Shown: positions 43,905 through 52,233 of the stretch, in pieces
Layout of the letters: every line of letters starts with the position of its first letter
How positions within the stretch are numbered: the first letter of the stretch is position 1
Origin: an uncultured Clostridia bacterium
Lineage (GTDB): Bacteria > Bacillota > Clostridia > Christensenellales > UBA1242
Length of the DNA stretch: 64,000 bases
Assembly (NCBI GenBank): GCA_944376495.1
Contig: CALWCW010000066.1
Coordinates: forward strand, 3,299-67,298
Direction of reading: 5' to 3'
Translations under genes and position numbers: made by a program
The notes under the pieces: model-generated
Told to the model about the DNA's origin: nothing
The model's input: only the letters and a program-made list of their open reading frames with translations
The model's database searches: none

Positions 43905-45011
43905 ATGACAGGAATTTATATCCATATTCCTTTTTGTGAAAGCAAATGCGTTTATTGTGCCTTTTCTTCTTTTGTGAATAGAGAAAAAGAAAACGACTAT
44001 TTTAGTCATTTAAAAAAAGAAATAGAAAATACGTCAAAAAGCATAAAAGACAACGTTAAAAAGGTGGATTCAATATATTTTGGTGGCGGAACTCCAAGTG
44101 TTGTAAGTTCAAACAAAATTAAAGACATTTTAGATTGTATAAAGAAAAATTTTGTTATTAATGAGGACTGCGAAATAACAATAGAGGCAAATCCAAATTC
44201 TTTAGATAAGCAAAAACTTGCTGAATATAAAAAAATGGGAATAAATCGTCTTTCTATTGGCATTCAAAGTTTATATGATGAAGAACTAAATTTTTTGGGT
44301 AGAAAACATAATAGAAATATGGCTATAGAGGCAATAAAAAGTGGAAAAAACTCTGGATTTGAAAATATTTCCGTTGATTTGCTTATAGGAATAAAAGGTC
44401 AAACTAAAAATAGGTTTGTTTGTGAACTTAATGAACTTATAAGTTTGGGCATTAAACATTTTTCATGCTATATGCTTCAAGTTGAAGAAGGAACAAAACT
44501 TTATAATATTGTTAAAGAAAATGAAAAAGAAATTCTTGATGAAGATGAGTGCGTTAAAATTTATGAAGAGTGCGTAAGAACTCTTGAAGAGAATGGGTTT
44601 GTAAGGTATGAGATTTCAAACTTTGCCTTAAAAGGTTATGAAAGCAGGCATAATCTCAAATATTGGTCAGGAGAAAATTATATTGGATTTGGGTTGTCAG
44701 CACATTCTTATATTGACGGAACTAGATTTGCAAATTCTAATAATTTTGAAGGTTATTTTGCTGGAGAAAAATCACTTTGTGAGAAATTATCTGATAGTCA
44801 AAGAATAGAAGAGTTGATTATGCTTGGACTGCGTTGTCGGCTTGGAGTTGACAATCAAAAATTAAAACAACTTGGTTATGATTTAACTCAAAATGAAGAT
44901 TTTAAAAATTTTGTAAGAGATTGTGTTTTAATAAAAGAAGGCGAAATTATCAAATTAAATCCTCAATATTATGGCGTCAGCAATTTCATTATAACCCGAC
45001 TTTTACCATGA
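43905..45011 (+). CDS. hemW: Radical SAM family heme chaperone HemW (HemN-like)
   Basis: CxxxCxxC (CESKCVYCAF). Follows lepA with no intergenic nucleotide between the lepA stop and its ATG (conserved lepA-hemW synteny). Confidence 0.85.
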   Translation: MTGIYIHIPFCESKCVYCAFSSFVNREKENDYFSHLKKEIENTSKSIKDNVKKVDSIYFGGGTPSVVSSNKIKDILDCIKKNFVINEDCEITIEANPNSLDKQKLAEYKKMGINRLSIGIQSLYDEELNFLGRKHNRNMAIEAIKSGKNSGFENISVDLLIGIKGQTKNRFVCELNELISLGIKHFSCYMLQVEEGTKLYNIVKENEKEILDEDECVKIYEECVRTLEENGFVRYEISNFALKGYESRHNLKYWSGENYIGFGLSAHSYIDGTRFANSNNFEGYFAGEKSLCEKLSDSQRIEELIMLGLRCRLGVDNQKLKQLGYDLTQNEDFKNFVRDCVLIKEGEIIKLNPQYYGVSNFIITRLLP

Positions 45012-45112
45012 GTTTTTTCAATTGTTATATTGGTAAATTAATGTAAAGATATATTTTTGAATTAGAAGCGAAATTAATATTTTAAATTTTTTTAAGATTT
45101 TTCTATAATTAC

Positions 45113-45141
45113 TTGCAAAATTATAAAAGTTGTGTTATAAT
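45113..45141 (+). promoter_or_regulatory. Promoter TTGCAA-17-TATAAT (ylxM-ffh operon)
   Basis: -35 at 45113-45118 and -10 at 45136-45141. Followed by the 10-bp hairpin TTTTGTAAAG/CTTTACAAAA at 45145-45172. Confidence 0.65.
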
Positions 45142-45180
45142 CAATTTTGTAAAGTAAATTTGCTTTACAAAAAGGGCTTT

Positions 45181-45456
45181 ATGAAAGTTGAAGAAAGTTT
45201 GTATTACAATAAATTGTTTGATAGTTACGGAAAGCTTTTAAGCAAAGGTCAGCAAGAGATTATGTCTGCTTATCTAATTGATGATTTGACTGTTAGTGAA
45301 ATTGCACAAAATATGCTTATTTCACGTCAAGCGGTTTTAGATAGCATAAGAAAAGCAGAGATTAAACTTGAAAAACTTGAAAGTGAACTTGAGTTTGTCA
45401 AAAAGATTGAAAAACTTGAAGAGGAAATTGAAAGACTGAAAAATAAAATTAATTAG
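45181..45456 (+). CDS. ylxM: YlxM/UPF0122 helix-turn-helix protein
   Basis: Sigma-70 region-4-like LTVSEIAQNMLISRQAVLDSIRKAE. Conserved position upstream of ffh. Confidence 0.8.
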   Translation: MKVEESLYYNKLFDSYGKLLSKGQQEIMSAYLIDDLTVSEIAQNMLISRQAVLDSIRKAEIKLEKLESELEFVKKIEKLEEEIERLKNKIN

Positions 45457-45465
45457 GAGATTAAA

Positions 45466-46779
45466 ATGGCATTATTTTCATCGCTATCTGAAAAATTTAA
45501 TCACATATTTTCAAAGCTTACTAAACGAGGAAGATTGACTGAACTTGAAATTAAAGAGGCTATGCGAGAAGTTCGCATCGCATTACTTGAAGCAGATGTC
45601 AACTATTTGGTTGCGAAAGATTTTGTCAAAAACGTTTCTGAAAAAGCGGTTGGAGATGAAGTTTTAAAAAGTTTAACTCCGGCTCAACAAGTCATTAAAA
45701 TCGTAAAAGATGAACTTGTCACACTTATGTCATCAAACAATCAAAAACTTGCCGTTTCGCCTTCTCCTCCAACAGTGATTATGATGTGTGGACTTCAAGG
45801 TGCGGGAAAAACGACAATGTGTGCAAAACTTGCGTCACATTTAAAAAAATCTGGCAAAAAACCTTTGCTTGTGGCTTGCGACATCTATAGACCTGCAGCG
45901 ATTGAGCAACTTCAAGTTGTTGGGAAACAAGCAAACACCGAAGTTTTTGAAAAGGGGACACAAAACCCTGTGAAAACTGCAAAACAAGCCATTGACCATG
46001 CACTAAAACAAGGTTATGATACAGTTATTATTGATACAGCCGGAAGACTTCATATAAATGAAGAACTGATGAATGAACTTAAAAACATCAAAAAAGAGGT
46101 CAATCCGTCTGAAATACTTTTGGTTGTAGATGCTATGACTGGTCAAGATGCAGTTACTGTTGCACAATCATTTAATGATGCCCTTGACATTACGGGTGTT
46201 ATTCTTACAAAACTTGATGGTGACACAAGAGGCGGTGCAGCACTTTCTATTAAAGCAATAACTGGAAAGCCTATCAAATTTACGGGCGTTGGCGAGAAGA
46301 TTGGTGATATTGAACCATTCTATCCAGACCGAATTGCAAGCAGAATTTTAGGCATGGGCGATGTTCTTTCACTTATTGAAAAGGCTCAAGAGGCTGTCAG
46401 TGAAGAACAAGCCAAAGAAATGGAAAAGAAGTTTAGAGAAAATTCATTTACCTTTGATGATTATTTAGCACAAATAGAAAGCGTTAAAAAAATGGGAAAT
46501 ATAAAAGATATTTTGTCCATGATTCCAGGAATTAGCGGGAAAATAAAAAATCTTGATATTGATGAAAATCAAATGCAAGTCAATAAGGCAATAATTCAAT
46601 CTATGACTCCAAAGGAAAGAAAAAATCCAGAAATTATTAAGGCTAGTCGTAGGCAAAGAATTGCAAAAGGAAGTGGAACTTCTATTCAACAAGTAAATCA
46701 ACTTTTAAAGCAATTTGAGCAATCAAAAGAACTTATGAAACAGCTCAAAAATGGAAAGTTTAGAAAAGGACTTTTTTAA
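45466..46779 (+). CDS. ffh: Signal recognition particle protein Ffh
   Basis: NG domain (GLQGAGKTT, DTAGR, TKLDGD) and a methionine-rich M domain. Confidence 0.95.
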   Translation: MALFSSLSEKFNHIFSKLTKRGRLTELEIKEAMREVRIALLEADVNYLVAKDFVKNVSEKAVGDEVLKSLTPAQQVIKIVKDELVTLMSSNNQKLAVSPSPPTVIMMCGLQGAGKTTMCAKLASHLKKSGKKPLLVACDIYRPAAIEQLQVVGKQANTEVFEKGTQNPVKTAKQAIDHALKQGYDTVIIDTAGRLHINEELMNELKNIKKEVNPSEILLVVDAMTGQDAVTVAQSFNDALDITGVILTKLDGDTRGGAALSIKAITGKPIKFTGVGEKIGDIEPFYPDRIASRILGMGDVLSLIEKAQEAVSEEQAKEMEKKFRENSFTFDDYLAQIESVKKMGNIKDILSMIPGISGKIKNLDIDENQMQVNKAIIQSMTPKERKNPEIIKASRRQRIAKGSGTSIQQVNQLLKQFEQSKELMKQLKNGKFRKGLF

Positions 46780-46931
46780 TAATGGTATATCGTTGCAAAC
46801 GGCAACTATATATATGGCAAAATATTAACGCATTTTGTCAATGTCATATCTTAATTAATTATAAACAAATTAACTTTTGCTAAAATTAATTAAGTAGGCA
46901 AAATTAACACAAATTTATAAAGGAGGAAAAA

Positions 46932-47180
46932 ATGGCAGTTAAAATCAGACTTACAAGAAAGGGTGATAAAAAATCTCCATTCTACAGAGTTGTAGTTGCT
47001 GATTCAAGAGCTCCAAGAGATGGAAGATTTATCGACATTATTGGAACTTATAATCCACTTACTGACCCTGCAGAAATCAAGATTGATGCTGAAAAAGCTA
47101 AAACATGGCTTAAGAATGGTGCATTACCAACTGATACAGCAAAACAACTTCTTGTAAAAAGCGGAATAATTGAAAAATAA
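46932..47180 (+). CDS. rpsP: 30S ribosomal protein S16
   Basis: [44 protein letters not shown]. Confidence 0.95.
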   Translation: MAVKIRLTRKGDKKSPFYRVVVADSRAPRDGRFIDIIGTYNPLTDPAEIKIDAEKAKTWLKNGALPTDTAKQLLVKSGIIEK

Positions 47181-47209
47181 TCACTTTTTTAAAAAGGAGC
47201 AAATTTTTA

Positions 47210-47440
47210 ATGAAAGAACTTTTAGAATATATTGTTAAAAGTTTAGTTATAGATGAAGATGCAGTTAAAGTGACTGAAACTGAAGAAAATGATGAAACTG
47301 TTTATCATGTATTTGTAAGTGAAGATGACATGGGACGTGTTATTGGCAAGTCTGGGAAAGTCGCTTCAAGCATTAGGGCTATAATTAAATCTATTTCATC
47401 TCGCAATCACAAAAAAGTGTTTGTGAAGTTTGGTGAATAA
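47210..47440 (+). CDS. KH-domain RNA-binding protein (YlqC-like)
   Basis: VIGKSGKVASSIRAI (GxxG KH motif). Conserved rpsP-KH-rimM position. Confidence 0.85.
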   Translation: MKELLEYIVKSLVIDEDAVKVTETEENDETVYHVFVSEDDMGRVIGKSGKVASSIRAIIKSISSRNHKKVFVKFGE

Positions 47441-47442
47441 CA

Positions 47443-47928
47443 ATGTTAGAAATTGCAAAGATATTAAAACCGCAAGGAATAAAGGGCGAAGTTAAAGCAT
47501 TGCCTTTGACAAATGTCCTTGCTGTTTTTAATTCTATCAAAGATTGTATGATAGAAAATAAAACCTTTAATATTGCCCATGTTTCCATTAGGCAAGGTTT
47601 TTTGTATATTAAATTTAATGAAATAAACACAAGAAATGATGCAGAGATGTTAAGAGATAAAAAGATTAAAGTTGATAAATCAGTTTTAGAAAACGCAAAA
47701 CAAGAAGATGAGTTTTTGATTGATGACCTTCTTGGTATGGTTCTTCACGATGAAAATGGAAATATAGTTGGTCAAATTGTCGATGTTATCAATTATGGTG
47801 CAAGCGATATTTTTATTATAGAGCATGAAAATAGAAAATATCAAGTTCCATATGTTGATGAGGTTTTTATTAACGAAAATGGTCGATTGGTGGTCAATAG
47901 CGAAAAACTTAAAGAGGTCATGATATGA
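47443..47928 (+). CDS. rimM: 16S rRNA processing protein RimM
   Basis: N-terminus IAKILKPQGIKGEVK and a PRC-barrel C-terminus. Synteny supports the call. Confidence 0.88.
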   Translation: MLEIAKILKPQGIKGEVKALPLTNVLAVFNSIKDCMIENKTFNIAHVSIRQGFLYIKFNEINTRNDAEMLRDKKIKVDKSVLENAKQEDEFLIDDLLGMVLHDENGNIVGQIVDVINYGASDIFIIEHENRKYQVPYVDEVFINENGRLVVNSEKLKEVMI

Positions 47929-48590
47929 TAATAGATATTTTGACCTTATTTCCTGAAGCATTTTCTTATCTTGACAATAGTATTTTGAAGCGAGCAAAAG
48001 AAAGTGGACTCTTAGAGATAAATATTCACGATATTAGAGATTTTTCTTTAGATAAACACAAGAAATGTGATGACTATCCTTTTGGCGGTGGTGCAGGAAT
48101 GCTTATGAGTGTTCAGCCTATATATGATGCAGTTAATAACGTTTTAACTGACCACTCAAAAATAGTTATGCCAAGTCCTAGCGGAGAAAAATTGAGCGTT
48201 ACCCTCGCTCAAGAACTTTCTAAAGAAGAACATCTCATCTTTATTTGTGGGCATTATGAAGGAATTGACCATAGAGTAAACGAAATTTTTAATCCTCTTG
48301 AAGTTTCAATTGGTGATTATGTTCTGACAGGCGGAGAACTGCCTGCAATGGTCATTATAGACACTATCTCAAGATTTATTGAAGGAGTGATAAGCAGTGA
48401 AAGTTTAAGCGAAGAGAGTTTTTCAAATGGACTGCTTGAATATCCTCAATATACACGTCCGGCAAATTTTATGGGATATAAAGTCCCGGATGTTTTACTT
48501 TCTGGCAATCATGCCGAGGTTGATAATTGGAGGAAAGAACAATCTTTAAAAAAGACTATGGAAAAACGACCAGATTTATTAAAAAAATAA
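47925..48590 (+). CDS. trmD: tRNA (guanine37-N1)-methyltransferase TrmD
   Basis: IDILTLFPE..., ...DDYPFGGGAGMLM..., ...GDYVLTGGELPAMV. Overlaps the rimM stop. Confidence 0.93.
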   Translation: MIIDILTLFPEAFSYLDNSILKRAKESGLLEINIHDIRDFSLDKHKKCDDYPFGGGAGMLMSVQPIYDAVNNVLTDHSKIVMPSPSGEKLSVTLAQELSKEEHLIFICGHYEGIDHRVNEIFNPLEVSIGDYVLTGGELPAMVIIDTISRFIEGVISSESLSEESFSNGLLEYPQYTRPANFMGYKVPDVLLSGNHAEVDNWRKEQSLKKTMEKRPDLLKK

Positions 48591-48785
48591 ATTTATTAAT
48601 TTAAAAAATTTATTAATAAAATAAAAAATATTATTTTTATTTAATTTATTTAATTATTCATTTTTTCATTTTTTTAATATTATTTAATTTTATTTTATTA
48701 ATTAAAAATATTTTATTAAATTTATTTTTATTAATATTATTTTTAAAATTTTAATATTTAATTATTTTATTATTTATTTTTATAG
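48591..48785. other. Almost pure A+T spacer (T-rich on the plus strand) at the position where rplS is normally found
   Basis: About 195 bp with very few G/C between trmD and rbgA. Confidence 0.9.
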
Positions 48786-48801
48786 ATGAGAAGGATGATT
48801 T

Positions 48802-49638
48802 ATGAGTGAAGAGTTGACAAATCAAAAGATTAACTGGTTTCCGGGACATATGTCTAAAACTTTGAAAGAAATCAAAAAGTTGCTTTCAAATGTAGATGTC
48901 GTTTGTTATGTCTTGGACAGTAGAGCACCTATTTCATCTATCAATCCCAGCCTAAATAAACTTGTTAATGATAAACCAATTTTATATATCTTTAATAAAA
49001 TTGATATGGCAGATGAGAAAAGAGTCAAAGAATTAGCAAAAGATTATAAGGGCGATAAAAAAGATTATGTTTTATTAAACAGCACTTTGTCAGGTGGAAG
49101 TAAGATTATAAAGCAGAAAATAAACAATTTGGCAAAAGATAAAATCGAAAAATTCAATAAAAAAGGAATTAGGACTATAATTAGGGCTATCGTTATTGGA
49201 GTGCCAAATTCTGGGAAAAGCACACTCGTTAATAATTTGTGTGGAAAAGCAAAAGCAATAACTGGAAATAGACCAGGGGTTACTAAACAGACTCAATGGC
49301 TTAACATTGGTGACAACATCGAACTTTGCGACACGCCGGGAACTTTATATCCTAATTTAGAAAATCAAGATATTGCTGAAAAATTGCTTTTTATTGGAAG
49401 TGTTAAAGATGAAATCATTATTGATAATTATTTGCTTGCTCAAAAACTTTTGCAACTTTTAAAAGAAAAATATCCGCAAAATGTTAAAAATAGATATGGT
49501 GATGATGCAACTTTAGATAGCATAGCAAAAAAACGGGGATTTATATTAAGTAAAGATGAATTTGATTATGAAAGGACTGCAAATGCTATATTTGATGATT
49601 TTAGAAAGGGACGATTTGGAAGGGTGACATTAGACTAA
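48802..49638 (+). CDS. rbgA: Ribosome biogenesis GTPase A (YlqF/RbgA)
   Basis: Circularly permuted GTPase: INWFPGHMSK..., NKIDM, GVPNSGKST, DTPG. Confidence 0.88.
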   Translation: MSEELTNQKINWFPGHMSKTLKEIKKLLSNVDVVCYVLDSRAPISSINPSLNKLVNDKPILYIFNKIDMADEKRVKELAKDYKGDKKDYVLLNSTLSGGSKIIKQKINNLAKDKIEKFNKKGIRTIIRAIVIGVPNSGKSTLVNNLCGKAKAITGNRPGVTKQTQWLNIGDNIELCDTPGTLYPNLENQDIAEKLLFIGSVKDEIIIDNYLLAQKLLQLLKEKYPQNVKNRYGDDATLDSIAKKRGFILSKDEFDYERTANAIFDDFRKGRFGRVTLD

Positions 49639-49982
49639 TGTTAAAGACAAATAAAATTAATGGTGATAAGGGTGAAATTTTAAGTTCTCAATATTTGACT
49701 AAAAAGGGTTATAAAATATTAGAAACCAATTTTAAAAACAAAATTGGCGAAATTGACATTATTGCTTTTAAAAATGGCTGCTATGTTTTTATTGAAGTAA
49801 AAAAAAGAGAAACAAAACTTTTTGGACGTCCTTGTGAGGCGGTTGACTATAAAAAACAGCAAAAGATAAGGAAAGTTGCTTTGTCTTATTTAAAATTTAA
49901 AAAACTTTTAGATGTAGAGTGTCGATTTGATGTTATAGAAATTTTAGGAGATGATATAAATCACATAGAAAATTGCTTTTAA
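49638..49982 (+). CDS. YraN-family (UPF0102) endonuclease-like protein
   Basis: GEIDIIA...FIEVKKR core motif. 114 aa. Start overlaps the rbgA stop. Confidence 0.8.
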   Translation: MLKTNKINGDKGEILSSQYLTKKGYKILETNFKNKIGEIDIIAFKNGCYVFIEVKKRETKLFGRPCEAVDYKKQQKIRKVALSYLKFKKLLDVECRFDVIEILGDDINHIENCF

Positions 49983-50132
49983 TATTGAGTTTAAATGCTT
50001 TTGTGTTAAGAAAAATTAAAATTGAAAATACCTTTTTGTTTTCGTTTTTTATTTAATATTTATAATATGTTTTTCATTAATATTGTTTAATTTTACACCT
50101 TTTAGGGTATAACTAATAAGAGGTGTTTTATT

Positions 50133-50639
50133 ATGCGAAAGTTTAGGTTTATTTTAATTTTTGTTTTGCTTTTTTGTAGTTTTACATTTTTTGCGTGCGA
50201 AGATGCAACAACTCTTAATTGTGCTTCAATAAGTGAAATAACTCAAGCCGGAAGTGAAAATTATGGTGTTAAAGTTAATTTTTATAATGATTCAAGATTG
50301 AAAGGGAAAGGAGTTGATGTTCAAATAAAGTTTAACAAACTCGGAGATATAACTATTTGGGAAGAAAACCACGATAGAGGCATTTATACGATTGACGATA
50401 TAGATGAGTGGCAGTCAATGACAAGTATAATAGCACTTTTAAATGAAATGGAAGGTCAAGAAAAATTTATGAAGTTTGAACAGGCAAGCGCTAAGACATA
50501 TCTATTTAACTTTGATAAATCAATTGAAATCACCATGAGAGTAGTGGCAGGGGACATAGAGGATAATATTGAAAATAATGGCGAAATTTTGGTGGGGAGC
50601 GAACCAATCTCCAAACAATTCACATTAAAAATAAAATAA
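50133..50639 (+). CDS. Putative lipoprotein (hypothetical)
   Basis: Signal peptide MRKFRFILIFVLLFCSFTFFAC with Cys after the hydrophobic core. SD AGAGGTG. Confidence 0.55.
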   Translation: MRKFRFILIFVLLFCSFTFFACEDATTLNCASISEITQAGSENYGVKVNFYNDSRLKGKGVDVQIKFNKLGDITIWEENHDRGIYTIDDIDEWQSMTSIIALLNEMEGQEKFMKFEQASAKTYLFNFDKSIEITMRVVAGDIEDNIENNGEILVGSEPISKQFTLKIK

Positions 50640-50668
50640 AAGCGAAAATTTGCTTTTATTTTTTTTAA
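50638..50668 (+). terminator. Rho-independent terminator
   Basis: AAAAGC-gaaaattt-GCTTTT followed by ATTTTTTTT. Confidence 0.6.
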
Positions 50669-50698
50669 CTTTATAGTATCATATTATAAGGAGAAATT

Positions 50699-51346
50699 AT
50701 GATAAGAGTCAATAATTTGTATTTGAGATACACTCGAGAATTTTATGCACTTTTTAATATAAATATGGAAATTGAAGATGGAGAGAGCGTGGCATTTGTT
50801 GGAGAGGATGAAAGCGGAAAAACTAGTTTACTGCGTATTTTTGCAAAACTTGAAAAACTTACAAAAGGTGAGATTTATATTAAAGATATTCCTATAGAAA
50901 AAGTCAATTATAAAGAAGATATAAGTGCTGGATATGTTCCATCAAAACCAGTTTTCTTTGAAAAAAAATCAGTTTATGAGAATTTAAAATACATTTTAAA
51001 AGTTTGGGGTTACAGCGAAAACGAAATTGAAAGCAAGATTAATGATGCAATAATTGAATACTCTCTTGAAAAAATCAAAGATACTAAAGTCAAAGATTTG
51101 ACTCTTGATGAGAAATATATTCTTTCTCTTATTAGATTGACGTTTAGAGAACTTGACTTGCTCATGGTTGACAATATATTTGATAAAATGAATGAAACTG
51201 TTTTTGAAGTTGCATCAAAATTAATAAAGTCTTTACAAAAAAAGAATACCACTTTGATAGTAGCAACAACTAAAGAATCAGTGGCAAACATGTTCTGCAA
51301 ACGAAAAATTTATTTTAAAGACGGCTCTATTGTTGATAAATTATAG
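50699..51346 (+). CDS. ABC-ATPase-like protein with degenerate catalytic motifs
   Basis: Walker A GEDESGKTS is present. The signature reads LTLDEK instead of LSGGQ, Walker B reads LLMVDN (no catalytic Glu), and no H-loop His is evident. No permease gene is adjacent. Confidence 0.65.
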   Translation: MIRVNNLYLRYTREFYALFNINMEIEDGESVAFVGEDESGKTSLLRIFAKLEKLTKGEIYIKDIPIEKVNYKEDISAGYVPSKPVFFEKKSVYENLKYILKVWGYSENEIESKINDAIIEYSLEKIKDTKVKDLTLDEKYILSLIRLTFRELDLLMVDNIFDKMNETVFEVASKLIKSLQKKNTTLIVATTKESVANMFCKRKIYFKDGSIVDKL

Positions 51347-51400
51347 TGTGTGATGATAAAATTTTAATAAATGTAAAAATTTAAATTTGAATATATAAAC

Positions 51401-51835
51401 CTACAAAATAAGTTCATCTTTTGGTGAACTTATTTTTTCTTTCTTATTACCGTCATCTTTATTTGAAGATTGAGAAAAAATTTGAGAAAGTGAAGAAAGG
51501 TTTGAATTTTTACCTAGCAAAGATAAAAGCATTGGCAAAAGGTTTTGGTTTTGTCCTGAAAATAAATTATTTAATGATGAGAAAGGATTGTCGTTTTGAG
51601 TATTTTGATTTGCTTGACTATTTTCATTAAATTTGCTTTGTTCCGAATAGTGTATGTCATTATTTTGACTTTGCTCCGAGTGAGAACCATTTGAAAAACC
51701 TTGCGTTTGAGAATATGCTTCACTTGGGTAACTTGAAAAAGCGGGATTTTGCGAAAGATTTTGTCCCGAATTTGAATTATTGTTCTGGTTATTGTTAAAC
51801 AATTTTGCAAACATCTCAAGCAAAGAATTATCCAT
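51401..51835 (-). CDS. Q/N/S-rich low-complexity protein (hypothetical)
   Basis: 144-aa ORF. Central 100 aa are dominated by Q, N and S. Short hydrophobic patch LLPMLLSLLG. No SD; a possible weak leaderless promoter TTCACC-18-TATAAA lies 5 nt before the ATG. Confidence 0.5.
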   Translation of the reverse strand: MDNSLLEMFAKLFNNNQNNNSNSGQNLSQNPAFSSYPSEAYSQTQGFSNGSHSEQSQNNDIHYSEQSKFNENSQANQNTQNDNPFSSLNNLFSGQNQNLLPMLLSLLGKNSNLSSLSQIFSQSSNKDDGNKKEKISSPKDELIL

Positions 51836-51963
51836 ATCTTTTTATATTCAAAACATGATAAAAAGGTGAATTATAAAAAACAAATTAAAGATTAAATGGT
51901 TTTTTAAATAAAAATTTTGTAAAAATAAATGCATTTTTTTCATATATTGAATTAGGAGAATTT

Positions 51964-52233
51964 ATGGCAAAATTATCTGATTTTAAATCTAAAAATGAAG
52001 AACAAAAAAAAGATAGATATGTGAGCGAAAATGACTTGCAAAATATTTATAATCACTACAAAGATATGTCGCAAGATGACCTTTCAAAAGAACTTTTCAG
52101 CGAAGTTGCAAGACAAAAGAGTCAAGGAACATTTGATTATGACAGACTGAACTTTATGATAGATTCAATTCGGCCATCTTTAACTAATGAACAATATGTA
52201 AATATGAAAAGGATGCTTGATAGTTTAAAATGA
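51964..52233 (+). CDS. Hypothetical 89-aa protein, translationally coupled to the S8 protease
   Basis: SD AGGAGA. Stop overlaps the next start (ATGA). Confidence 0.6.
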   Translation: MAKLSDFKSKNEEQKKDRYVSENDLQNIYNHYKDMSQDDLSKELFSEVARQKSQGTFDYDRLNFMIDSIRPSLTNEQYVNMKRMLDSLK

